A stretch of 64,000 bases of DNA from Isurus oxyrinchus (Eukaryota). How positions within the stretch are numbered: position 1 is the stretch's first letter; each line of letters starts with the position of its first letter. The stretch covers positions 1 to 64,000 of the forward strand of contig JANJGN010000075.1 of the NCBI GenBank assembly GCA_026770705.1, written 5' to 3'. Shown here in pieces: positions 52,331-64,000 of this stretch. The notes under the pieces were generated by a model. The model did not search any database. It saw only the letters and a list, made by a program, of their open reading frames with translations, and was not told the origin of the DNA. A program made the position numbers and the translations under genes.

Positions 52331-53144
52331 CAAAATATTTGCCATTTCCTTATTTTCAATTAATAATTTTACAGCCTACCCATCTAAATGACCAATTCTC
52401 CCTTTGTATATTTAAAAATTCTCTTTTTAAAATTACCTTTGGAAGCCCTTTTTCCGTCTATTTCATACTGCTTTATGGGCCGTTAATCTTCAATCCGTTG
52501 GAATTATGTGCTATATCTCTGTGTTATGAGATTCAAAGACATTGTGTAGATTATGTGGTATTGGTATTGGGAGTGGCTTTCATGAAATGATACGAATAAA
52601 TGAGTGGAGGAAGATTCAGTATGTAACTCCACTAAATTTGGTGGCCTTTTATCAAATAATTAATCAAAGCATTTAATATCGATTTCCAAAATGTATTTTC
52701 CGTCAATGTGTTTAAGCATGTCTGTCTCTGATCCACTGCATTTCCAGTCAAGTGTTAAATTGCTATTTGTCTGAGATAATGTGTTTCTGATATGAAACCA
52801 TGTTTTCCGTTGCAAACACTTGCTGTCACTCTGATACTCAGCCGGGTACATTATCAAGCACTTCACCTATTGGGATTTAATTTCCTTCCACTCTCTATTA
52901 CGTTCATACAGAAAGTTTCATGTATATAACGGTTAGTAACCTGCTCTTTTCATCCTTTAGTGTCTTGACTTGGTCACATCCTTGATGCTGAGATATAGAT
53001 CTGTAAAGAGAGCGGTGTCTGCTGTACTTCAGTTCACATATTGCAACAGCTGCCATTTATGCTAAACATTTAGCGTGTTACGTTCATTTCTTCCAATATA
53101 AAAGTCCGCTGTCAGTGCAGCAAGAGATTTCATAATGTTTCAAA

Positions 53145-54140
53145 TGACTCAGACAGACAGAGAAGGACAGAAGTACAGACAGTGACAGACACACAATCAA
53201 AGACTGGCACACAGACAGAGACAGCACAAAGCCAGAGAGACGCACAGAGTCAGTTACACACATGCATAGACAGAGACAGAATCAGAAACAGAGGCGATGG
53301 CAGAGGCAAAGAGAGTGACTGGCAAAGAGTCAAGAAAGCTGCATCGACAGTTTCAGGCACACTGACGGAGACAGAGGCTCAGACCTAGACATACACAGAC
53401 AGAGACACACACACAGACAGTAACAGAAACACACATAGTGACAGGCAAACAGTTAGTGACAGAAAGACAAACAGTTTCACATGAACCCAGTCGCAGACAA
53501 GCAAACAGTAACATGACATTGGCAGAGTCAGAGTCATAGTCAGCAAGAGCCATATGGACTGTGAAAGGCACACGGAAAGAGGCATGCACTCAGGCAGGCA
53601 CATAGACAGAGACAACAACACAGGCAAGGTACACAGGAGCAATGACAGGGGCAGACAGACACAGACAAACACATAAAGACAAACACGGACAAACACAATG
53701 ACAGACACAGGTGCACAGACAGAGGTATAGAGACACAGACAGGGACAGGCACACAGACAGAGACAGCCACACAAACAGTGACACAAATGAACAGACAAAC
53801 ATACACGGAGACATTGTCACTTACAGAAATAGGCACACAGACAGAAGCCACTACACAGACATAGACAGATACAATGGCAGAGACAGACACAAAGATAGAG
53901 ACTGTGATACAGACAGAGACACCCAGAGAAAAAGAGAAAAATACACGATTTGAGGCAGACACAAGAGACAAAGAAATGGAGATGGCCAGAGTGCGAGGCA
54001 CACACAGACTGATGCAGATACAGAGGCAGAGGCAGACACACAGACAGAGAAACTGACAGAGACAGACACACAGACTGAGTCAGATGCATAGAGTGAGACA
54101 AGCACCCAGACAGAAACAGTCACAGATGCTGAGACAATTG
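53145..54140. repeat. Degenerate (CA/GA)n low-complexity tract
   Basis: acagacacagag-type repeats; a similar tract lies at 56090-56400. Confidence 0.9.
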
Positions 54141-55879
54141 CATACCCTTACCCACAGAGAAACATTTTTGACCTGGCCCTCGCTCATTGTTTAATTTCCC
54201 TCACATTTGCCGCTCTTTATACTGTGGGGTATCCATGGGAATGATGTGGCCTGAAGGTAAACGGCCGTTAATCAATCATGGAGAGATACAGGGAACTCTC
54301 CATGTTAAAACATCCGTCACACGCTACCTACGGAAGATCCACACTCCGAACCCCCGGATTGAGATTGTAAAAGCGAAGACCCTCATCTCGATTACAATTT
54401 TGGACAATCTCCTTTATAAACGTTTAAATGGCCCAGAAATCCTTTCTAAAGTGGTTTGCTTAAATATGCCCACCATGACTCAGCTGCGGTATAACCGCTG
54501 ATTCAATTATGCTTTTGAAATTCACCTCTTTCGTTTCTTCTCTTTGATATATATTTTTTTTAAAAGTACATAGCCAGTAAGTTTTTTTTTAAATTCTTTC
54601 ACTGATTCTTCAAATTCTCCTGCCCCTTGAAGGCTTCGTATTTGTGAACTCACTTCTCAGTGTAAAATGTTAGGTAGTTGGTCTCCAGTTCCCTGCTTAC
54701 TGTCTTCCTCCTCTCTGGAAAATAGAAGTTCCATTCCCAATTATCAAAGCAGCTGTTACATTTCAGAATCTAGGGAAATTTGCAAGATTCCAAGCAGTGC
54801 ATCCTTCACAGTCATTGGGTCAAAATCCTGGAATTCCCTCCTTACAGTACTGTGGGTGTACCGCCGGCACATGAACTACAGTGTTTCAAAAGGGCAGCTC
54901 ACTACCATCTGCTCAAGTGCAATTGGGGTTGGGCAATACATTCTGGACAAGCCCGCAACTTCAGCATACCATGAATCAATTAAAAATGTATATGTCGCAG
55001 CTGCTCCTTGTTTTAAGACACAAGGATGCAAGCCACAAGACTGCCGAAGCCTTGTCAGTCTTTTGCTGCACCAGCTTTTTCTCCACTGATTACGTTTGAT
55101 TTATTTTAGACTTTCTTGATGTTCTACCATTGTTTAGATATCTCTATGTCATCCACAGTAAATACAGATTTAAGCAAAGCTTATTCAAAAGTCAGTTAGT
55201 CATTTGATTCCCTTAATTAAATAGCCAGTCTCCCCCCACCCCCACCCCCCCCCCCCCCCACCCCCAACCCCCACTTCAGGGACGAATTATCACTTTGGCT
55301 GTTATCTTTCTTTTCGCATATTTAATGAAGGATTTTTGTCTGTCTGTGAATAGACTATGAAATGGCGCTCGAATCCTCAATTCGTTGCATAATGTAATTT
55401 GTCTGCGCTGCTTTGCGGAATGTTTAATAACTGATATGTATTTGAAGTACCTTACATTACATTGTTTCAATAATTGAGTGCAGAATGATTCCGTCTGTTT
55501 GTCTGCAACACTGGTGTTGTTTTATCACAGAAAAAAAAAATATTTAATCTGTCCAAAGAATTTAGCAAACTTACTTACAATTTATTTTCATTCCATGTGT
55601 TTCAAGACGTGTCTGTCCGTGATCTATTGTTCCTACTATCAAGGGTTAAATTGCTTTGTTTCTGAGATGATGCGATTCTGCTGTAAAAAAACAAATGTTT
55701 CTGTTATAAAAACCCACATTCTGCGTAAACTTCAGACAGTTACATATCCAAATGTTTAATCTATTGATATTTAATTTTCTTTCACTATCCATTTCGTTGA
55801 TATGCGAAATGCGATGCCTGTGACAGTCAGTAAACTTCTCTTGTTAACGTCAATTAAAACATTTCTCGGCTCCCCTCAT

Positions 55880-56400
55880 TCAGACGGCACCTTCTTTAGT
55901 CGGCTGGAGTTGGTCACATCATTGTAATAGAAGTCTGTATAGTGGCGGCGACTAACGTCCACATATAAATACATCGCAGCAGCTGCTATTTCTGCTCAAA
56001 TTTTATCATGTACCTTCCCAATTTTTTTTTTTTTTTAATTTGAGAGGCTACTGGTAATGCATTAATTCATTCCTTACCGGTGCTCGCAGAAAGGGACAGA
56101 GGCTCAGACAGAGACAACAGGTAGACAGGGATAGGCACATACACAAATTTAGTCACACAGATTCAGATACCACGATCAACATACAGGCATAAATACAGAA
56201 ATAGAGGCACGTGTAGAGACAGACACACCGTTAGAGCCTTTCACATGGACATAGACAAACATAGAGAGAGATTCAACCACAGACATACGGAGAGATAAAC
56301 TCTCACAGGCAGAGAAAGGCACAAAGAGACAGACATAGAGAGAGACGCATACGCACAAAGTGAGAGAGGCACACAGACACACAGTGTCTGATACACAGGC
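55880..56400 (-). repeat. Inverted paralog of ~8000-8655
   Basis: Reverse complement atgataaaatttga..gcagctgctg..aatgatgtgaccaactccag matches 8525-8630. Confidence 0.7.
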
Positions 56401-57109
56401 AAAGAAGGTTATACAAAGTTTATTTAACCGCAGAGAAAATGTTAAGATTCTCGAGGCCCTGGCGCACTGTTTCTTCAATGTGAGCTCAGTGGCATCTTGT
56501 GACAGCTGAATCTTGAATGTAAATGGCAAATGATGAGAATCGAGAGATAGAGACGGGACTGAATTTGAAGACATTGATCTCCCTGATCTTGCGTCCTTCT
56601 CCCAAGCCAGCCTGAGTGGGATCGGAATGCCAGAGAAATCAGGACCTCACTGCACATCCCCTCATCCCTCCAATGCCGCTTGTCAACATACACAGACAGC
56701 ACCATGTTCCCCCAGATCCCCATTTGCTTGATTTTCAAATCGTTCGAAATCTGGGGCATCTGCTTAACGACCCTCTCGCCAGTGGATACAATTTCCCCCT
56801 ATTTAACCGATCAAACCCCTCGACGATTTTGAAACATCCAGCATGTGATTCTCACGTGTCGGTGCAGAATCAATTGGCCGAAGGGCCGTTTCTGCACTGT
56901 GTGATTCTATTATTCTGTGATGTGCCCTCATAGCTTTCTCTGTTCTTTATCAGTCTGTGTGTCTGTTTCAGTCCGTGTGCCTGAGTCTATGTGTTCCGGT
57001 ATTGAATTTCGCGCAATTAGGAGAGCGATCCCATCTTTTTTTATCTCTCCATATAACTGATGCCCGTTATTTCCTGGAACAAATGTGTCCAATCAACTTT
57101 CCACACTTT

Positions 57110-57560
57110 CTAAGTCTTTGACATCCTCCCTAAAGTTCATGCCAGATTGGAGATAATATCCCAGATGAGGCCTAGCCGATGATTTATGTCTTTTTTGAGA
57201 ATCACTTCCTTCCTTTTGTATTTTTGGCGCTTATGTTTCAAACTACAATTCCTGTAAGTTTTTTTTTGCCGAGAGAGTTCCAAAGACTCACGACCCACTC
57301 AGAAGAAAAAAAAAATCGCCTCATCTCCGTTTTAAATGGGCTAACTCTTATTTTTAAACTTTGACCTCTAGTCCATGATTGTCTCACAAGGGGAATCATC
57401 CTCTCCACATCCATGCTTTCAAGAGTCCTCAGAATCTTATATGTTTCAATCAAGTCTTTCTAACTCTTCTGAAATCCTTTGGTTAAATGAATGGATTGTC
57501 CAACCTTTCCTGGTATCAGTCTGGTAATCCTTCTCTGAACTGCTTCCAACCTGTTTCCGC
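57110..57560 (-). mobile_element. CR1-clade LINE fragment
   Basis: ORF 57238 'IETYKILR.L..MDVERMIPLV..SWTRGQSLKIR..PFKTEMRR.FF'. Confidence 0.85.
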
Positions 57561-58384
57561 TGTCTTATAATATTGGAGCATGTGAACTCCATTCCTGCAC
57601 ACTTTGGAATACTTTCACAATTTTATTCAGCTTGTCTTTTCTCCTGTGTCCTCTCTAATGCAGCAACTCACACTTCTCTTAATGAAACCTCATCTGCATT
57701 TCATCAGGCCGCCCATGTCTCTTCAAATCTCCTTCTGTGGCCTTCACTGTTAACTAAAATTTCAATGTCACTACAATTTCAGTTGCGCCAGAAGTTGACA
57801 TGTTCAGCATCGAAAATACAGACCAGGAAACTGAATAGGATATAGGAAAATGATTAGGCCATTCAGCACTTAAAGCTTGTGACATAATTTAATTAGATCA
57901 TAGCAAAAGTCAGGTGGAAGCGTTGGTGTAATTACTTGATCCGTGATTCTGGTTGTTGTGTTCGGAAACAGGGGTTCAAATCACCATGCAGGCAGTGGTG
58001 CTGCTTTTTAATAAATCATTTACAATGACCAAGCAGATGTTGTCAAATCGGGAAAAAATCTGACCTGGGCCCAGGCACCCAACAATGTCTTTACTTTTTA
58101 AAAGTTTTCAAGCACAATTGGATCCTAAATAATTTTCCAGCCAATGATGTCCTCATTCCATTAACAAACGTAAAACAAGTAAGCCCCACATGTAGCCTTT
58201 GATCCATATCAAATTATATTAAAATTTGTAAAAAAAAAAGCATTGTCCTCACATATTACAGAAGATAGTTCCAACTTTATTCCGCCCTATATTCAAAGGT
58301 TTACTCCTGAAGGCTCTGGACCTATTGCCTTGCCTGTCCATTCCAGTCCCATGCTGCAGTTGAGTGGGTAGAGTGGAAATGCTA

Positions 58385-58770
58385 GGCTTGTTCTACTGAG
58401 AGCAGAAACAAAGTTTGAGGCGAGATTTGATGATGTTGAAAATTACAATTCTTTTTGACGGAATGCATAAGAAAAAATTGTTTCCAGTGGTGAAAGAGTC
58501 GGTAACCAGAGGGCACACAGTTGAACATGATTGGCAAAAGAACCAAAGGGGCCATGAGGGGGACAACATTCTGCACTAACAGCGATGTGTTATGATCTGG
58601 AATGCACCTACTGAAATGGAATTATGAACCTTTGAAAGATGATTGGACAATTGCCTGTGCAGAGGGCAGAAAACATGTATATTAGGAATAGGGATTAATT
58701 GCAAAGCTCTACAAACAGGCTGGAAAGTGTACAATAAGAGGAAGGGCCTTCTCTGTACTGCATTGCATCA
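58385..58770 (+). mobile_element. CR1-clade LINE 3' fragment
   Basis: Remnants LGLF.LxxR.LxGDL..; gtaaccagagggcacacag; gatctggaatgcac. Confidence 0.6.
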
Positions 58771-58838
58771 TTCTCTGATTCCAGGGTAAAGGAAAGGTAT
58801 TAGTCTGCATTTAATCAATTCATATTCTCTCATTTCAG

Positions 58839-58871
58839 TGGCTTTTGCTGTTCAGCGGAGCGCATCTCAAT
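58839..58871 (+). CDS. 33-nt signal-peptide mini-exon of an Ig-like receptor gene
   Basis: ctctcatttcag|TG GCT TTT GCT GTT CAG CGG AGC GCA TCT CAA T|gtaagt; phase 1/1, xAFAVQRSASQ, in frame with the exon at 61453. Confidence 0.65.
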
Positions 58872-60047
58872 GTAAGTATCAACATTTCTCTCTGAAGTCC
58901 TGACATTGAATAATTAATGCCTTTACTGTTCAATAAATAAGATTGATGTAATGGAAATGAGTTTGATTGCTCTAACCAATGGTGTTGTAACATTGATAAC
59001 TACAAAGCAACATGCATTCTAGCAGTTGCCAGTGCGATAACGCAATGGAAAAATGTGCTTTTTGACACCTTATCCCATTCCATTTCTGTGCCGAGGATGC
59101 CGAGGCAGCAATCCAGTTTTCCACATGGTCACAGATCAATGCTCCAATGAATGTTAAAATGATTTCAAAATGTATTTGAATGCCCCATTCAAAGTCCCCA
59201 CATTTGCTATAAGGACAGAGGAGGCCATTGTATCCTTTATGTCTGTTCTGTCTTTCTATGCCAGCGTGGCTGGACTATTGGTTCTCTCCTTTGATTAGTT
59301 TTGGTTACATTACCCTTAACTACATAAAGTAAACAGGAAACTATCAATTTACCTGGGCTCTGGAGCTATTCTGCATTAGTATGTTCAAATATTTCCTCCA
59401 CTCAGTGCTTTCTGTCAAAACCATCATTGGAAGGTGTTGTTTCACTTTGGCATTTATTTCTGCTAGTTCTGCACAAGGAACTATTGGACACAGAATCGCT
59501 CTATCCCGTCCAGGAAACAGCTAATTTACCTGAAACACTTCTATTTCGTCAATTTATCTTCTACGCTCAGCATTGTACATGTAGACTGCTGTCATAATTC
59601 ACACCAAGTAGTCTGGAACTTTTTCTCTAATTCTTCAGAGGTCTAATCTCACAAATGTCGCCCCTGTCCACTCAGCCAAGCCTGCGCCACCATCGAGAAT
59701 TTTTCAATGGATCAAATTGAGCAATTGTCGCTTTCCATCTCGAATCTTGGCTCACTCAGTTAAAATACAAGCGTTATTCATTTCTATGCACTCTCTTTTC
59801 CTACTAGCTTTGACTAAGACCTTGTTCAGTAAAGTCGCACCCCGTTCTCCTGGTGGCAACTTTTCCCTGACACACCGGATCTGTTTCTGTCGCACTGCAG
59901 TACTTATTCTGAGCGTTCAATACCCTTTAATGGTCCCTTGTCACCTTCCCCTCCATCCAACACCATTATTCACACTTTATTTTGTATAATCCGTAGTTGT
60001 CCACCCAACACCAATTCCCTCTGACAGACTCACAGCAACACCAGTTT

Positions 60048-60800
60048 GCTTTCATTTATATAGCGGCTTTAATGGAGTATCACGGCCCAAGGCGCTTCAC
60101 GTGAACCAGCATGAAACGATATTAGACACCATGTAACGGACGGAGATTTTAGGGCCGGAGGCCAAAATCTATGCCGAACAAGCAGGTATGAAGGTGTATC
60201 CTAAAGTAAGGCAGGGAAAGGTGACACAGTGCAGCGAGGAAAGCCCAAAGCTTCGGGCCCCCAGGCAGCTGAATACGCCAATTGTGGAGCAATGGAAATC
60301 TCAAGCGGCCGGAACAAGTGGAGCGCAGAGATGACGGAGTGCAGGGGTGTTTGGAGGAGATTACACAGAGAGGCTTCGAGGGCCATGGGGGGGATTTCAC
60401 AACAAGAATGAGCTTATTGTGAAATCTAGGCTTCCCTTCATGGGCTGGCGACGTGGGAAAATTTACTTCTCTTTGAACCGGTGTCATGTAACAATGGAGC
60501 TTATTGCGAATGGAAAGAGCGGACAGCTGATGTTTAGTTAATTTCAAGTTTACACCCGGTGGAATATGTGGGTTTCGTAAATGTGCAGGTGGAATAGACA
60601 TGGCTGCAGGTGACAAGAGCAGATCAAAGGACGCGGAGGTGGAATCAGGTGATGCCACTGAGGCAGATATGAGTTCATAGTGATGGAGCGTGCTAGGTCA
60701 ACTCAGGGTCAAAGGTGGCACTAAAGTTGTAAAGAGGCTCTCTCAAAGCCTGATTTTGTCCAGGGAGCGGGATGAAGTCGATGGCTTGGAATGGGGCCAC
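60048..60800 (-). mobile_element. L2-like LINE 3' fragment
   Basis: catttatatagcggctttaa..ccaaggcgcttcac is the reverse of a typical L2 3' terminus; degenerate coding upstream. Confidence 0.6.
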
Positions 60801-61452
60801 TGGGGTGAGGGCTAAGTGTCTGGGGGGTCTAATCCCACGGCCTGCTTCCCATCAGCATTTTTGGTTTAGCAACACAACACCTGCTGCATCGCCTCAGAGG
60901 CACTCAAAATCAGATTCTCAAAGGCAATGAGGGATGGGCAACAATTGTCAGCCTGGCCAAATGCAATCACTTCAGAATGATTGAATAATTCTTCTGTTTC
61001 ACAAGGGCAACTCCGTTGTTCGAATTCAAATCCACATGGTTTAAAGAAGAATTTCATTATCTTTAGTCACATTTTCTCCTCGGCCAAATTGACTATAAAT
61101 ATTGAAAGCTCATCAAACAAACTCTTCCATTCACTTCTATGCCAGGGTAACATTTCTGATCAAACGTCCAAATTGAAAGACAGCTCCAACTGATTTTGTT
61201 TCTTTGGCGTGACTATTTGATTTCCAATATCTCAAAAGTAGCTGCTTGCAACGCCCGGAGTTACTTAAACCCATCATGTTACTTCAAATATCACACTATT
61301 TCTCAGTTTACAAATCACTAAACATCATTTTGTTCCAACTCATTTCCGATGGAATCATCTTCCTTCAGCACGAACTGAGTCACTAAATTTCCACTGTTAC
61401 TGAAACCCTGGAGATCCATTCCTAACAGACCTTTATGTTATTTCTTCCATAG

Positions 61453-61749
61453 ATGCACGAAGAAATCCAAAGATATCACTTGACCAACCGACTGGTGTTT
61501 ACTTAGAAACAGAGGATGTCACCATTACGTGCACTGTGCAGGCAGTGATGATAAACTATTATAATAAAGCCTTCTGCATTTACAAGGATAATCAAGTACT
61601 CAGCCTTTCTCCTGTTTCCAAACAGGATGAACGTGCAATGTTCTCGATTCCTGCTTTTAACCATGGAGGGTGGTATCAATGTGGATATTGTTCTGGGATT
61701 TCACAGTACTTTTCCCCAATGAGCACAGCTGTGATGGTTACTGTAGCAG
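61453..61749 (+). CDS. Intact C2-type Ig-domain exon, LRC/LILR/IGSF1-like receptor
   Basis: ccatag|AT ... GCA G|gtgagt; 297 nt, phase 1/1, no stops: ARRNPKISLDQPTGVYLETEDVTITCTVQAVMINYYNKAFCIYKDNQVLSLSPVSKQDERAMFSIPAFNHGGWYQCGYCSGISQYFSPMSTAVMVTVA. Confidence 0.9.
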
Positions 61750-63364
61750 GTGAGTGACAAGGAACAGAGATTGTAAACAATGATTTTTTTCAAAGTCATT
61801 GCGACTTCCAAAACTCCATGTGCTAATTGCTTTCAGAAAATAGAACTGTAGATAATAGAAGTGAGGGGTAAGATGGAATGACCTTGGATTTCATTGCTTA
61901 GTTCCTGTCATATTCCATGAAAGCCAGAGGCCTGAGTGAGTCAGACCTGACTGTATTGCTGAGGTAACGAGAGGAGTTAAGGCAGCATGAGGAGCGTGTG
62001 AATGTACAAAATCAGCTGAAGTATTCTGGCATTGCGGAAATGGACCATTGTTGCGTGACGTCACAGTGTAACTACAAATCGAGTTGGGTCGCTTATCATG
62101 GCAAAGTGACAGCATTGAGGCAGCGCTACACTGTCGGAGTGACATTTATATACTCTAGGATTTGATCATTGTAATGCACACAGGCACTCCCCAGCAACGC
62201 CCCCCGGCCATGCATTCCAACCCCTCCCCGCCCTCTGCGTTCCCGGTGTAACTAATGAGGGAGTGCTGCATTGCCGGAGGTAAATTTATATCTCTAGGAC
62301 TTGAGCCCCATAATCCAGCACGACATTCCTCCAGCGACAGTAACTCCAGCATTGAAGTTCCCTGACACAGTTAGAGTAAAATGTGAGAGCTGCAATTTAG
62401 CAGGACCGTGCTTAAGATGAGACAGTGACAAACCTCTGGTGCATCGAATCTCAGGTGCCTGGACGTGGTCTCACTTGCCTTCACCTCACAGAACATTAAT
62501 CGGAAGTCCTGTCCTCTCCTGTCTCCTGTGTGGCAACATGAATCTATCAGAACACATCACTCAACATGTGCACGCAATTCGGTCATTGTCTCATTATTCT
62601 TTATATGAAAAGATAATCAACCTCTGACCTCTTATCAAATCGTCACAAAGGACAACATTAAAACATTCATAGTGCCCGATACAGAAAAAGGTGGGGGGTA
62701 CCGTTGTAAATATACAGCCCCCGTGTTGGGAAGGGAGTTGGAATTCCAGTTCAGTCAATCTGTGAATTTCACGAAAGCAGGTGAATGAGGAGGAACAGCG
62801 AATACTAATATGTCTATTCAATCAACCCTGGTAATTTAATAAGAAGCCAGTTTTCACATTCTCTAACACTCAGCGGGACATTATATTCATCTCTTGTCTA
62901 ATCCTGATCCGATACATTGACTCATCACTGCCAGTGTCACCATTAATCACAGAATGAGAAAATTCAACAGCACAGACCTGAGCACTCGGCCTCTCAACTA
63001 TTTTTTTCATTTGTTCACGGTTTGTGGCTAGAAATGAAAAGGCAGAGCTCGATTGCATCTTTTTAGTTGCCCTTTTAAAGCTGTTATATTCGCTCCGAAG
63101 TATATGTCTAAAACATCTGACAAATTATCCCTTAGCAATGTTTATCCAGTTCCGTTTGAAGGTTTGTGTTGAATTTAATATTAGCACGAGTTCCCAGAAT
63201 AGCTGCCCCTTTGAAGGTGGTGATGAGCCTACTCCTTGACCATCTGCAATCCTTCTGGTGCATTGAGGAACGCACGCACACGAAACGCCCGGGCACGCGC
63301 ACACTTGCACAAAGGCAGACAAACACGCGCACACGCACTCACAAAAACTCTCCAACACAGACTC

Positions 63365-63365
63365 T

Positions 63366-63404
<39 letters not shown>
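63365..63404. repeat. (CA)n microsatellite
   Basis: Near-perfect CA run. Confidence 0.95.
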
Positions 63405-63407
<3 letters not shown>

Positions 63408-63715
63408 ATGATTACACGCATACACACAGGAACATATAGCAATACACAGGTAATTAGAAAGGCTAAAAAGCAGCTGAAATTGTGTCGCAATATTGAAACA
63501 AGAATCTGCTTCTGAAATTGCGCTTTGAAATGTATTATTTATTTGGCCATTTCAATCAGCGCGCCGACTCACACTTGATCGAAAATTTTCCGTTGATGTA
63601 AACATCATCATTCGGCATGGTTAAGTTTACTTTATCGCACCAACAATTATTGTATAGTACTCTCGTTCGATTCATTAAAATAGTGTTGCCAATTTTATTT
63701 TAATTTTTATCACTG

Positions 63716-63991
63716 AGCCGCCAAGAAAACCACCGATAACACTTAATCAATCGAAAGGGCTATGTATAATAAAAAAGACTTTAACCATGACGTGCAATGT
63801 GACTGGCGATGATAGGGAGAAACCCGTCAATGTTTACAAAGATGAAGAATTCCTGGCAAATGCCAATACTGGGACTTTGCCGGCTGCTGGTAGAAGTAGC
63901 AAAGGGCGAGACCGATGTGCATACGGAATTTCCATTGGTGGTCGGCATCTGACATCCCCAAAGAGCAAGGCTGTGACCGTGACTACCACAG
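63716..63991 (+). CDS. Second Ig-domain exon (open frame, non-canonical acceptor)
   Basis: 276 nt: EPPRKPPITLNQSKGLCIIKKTLTMTCNVTGDDREKPVNVYKDEEF..GRDRCAYGISIGGRHLTSPKSKAVTVTTT G|gtgagt. The expected acceptor reads cactg| instead of ag|. Confidence 0.75.
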
Positions 63992-64000
63992 GTGAGTGAC

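Noticed and set aside
57179-57260. ATG..cct|gtaagt as the first leader exon of the Ig gene
   Set aside because: Lies within an antisense CR1 fragment and is phase 0, incompatible with the phase-1 mini-exon.

Overview
Eukaryotic, repeat-rich vertebrate DNA. The CR1/HE1-type LINE and SINE remnants and Penelope-like elements point to a cartilaginous fish (shark); this is inference. No prokaryotic genes or CRISPR arrays are present, and nearly all listed ORFs are spurious or TE-derived. Five main structures: (1) An old, diverged inverted segmental duplication (~0.1-16.4 kb vs ~42.7-52.3 kb, plus a piece near 56 kb). It has nested tandem copies, a fold-back at its inner left end, and a recurring ~90-nt motif that reads like the fossil of an unidentified repeat protein. 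(2) A 56-bp minisatellite followed by a 6.5-kb modular tandem array (21.1-28.0 kb). (3) Several young Penelope-derived insertions, some only ~100 bp with target-site duplications (TSDs), carrying a minimal type I hammerhead ribozyme with a variant core. (4) A + strand cluster of LRC/LILR/IGSF1-like Ig-domain receptor exons: four pseudo-exons at 34-41 kb, and at 58.8-64 kb a 33-nt leader mini-exon, an intact Ig exon and a second Ig exon with a non-canonical acceptor. (5) A tRNA-Ala pseudogene and two solo-LTR candidates. All alignments were done by eye, so repeat boundaries are approximate.
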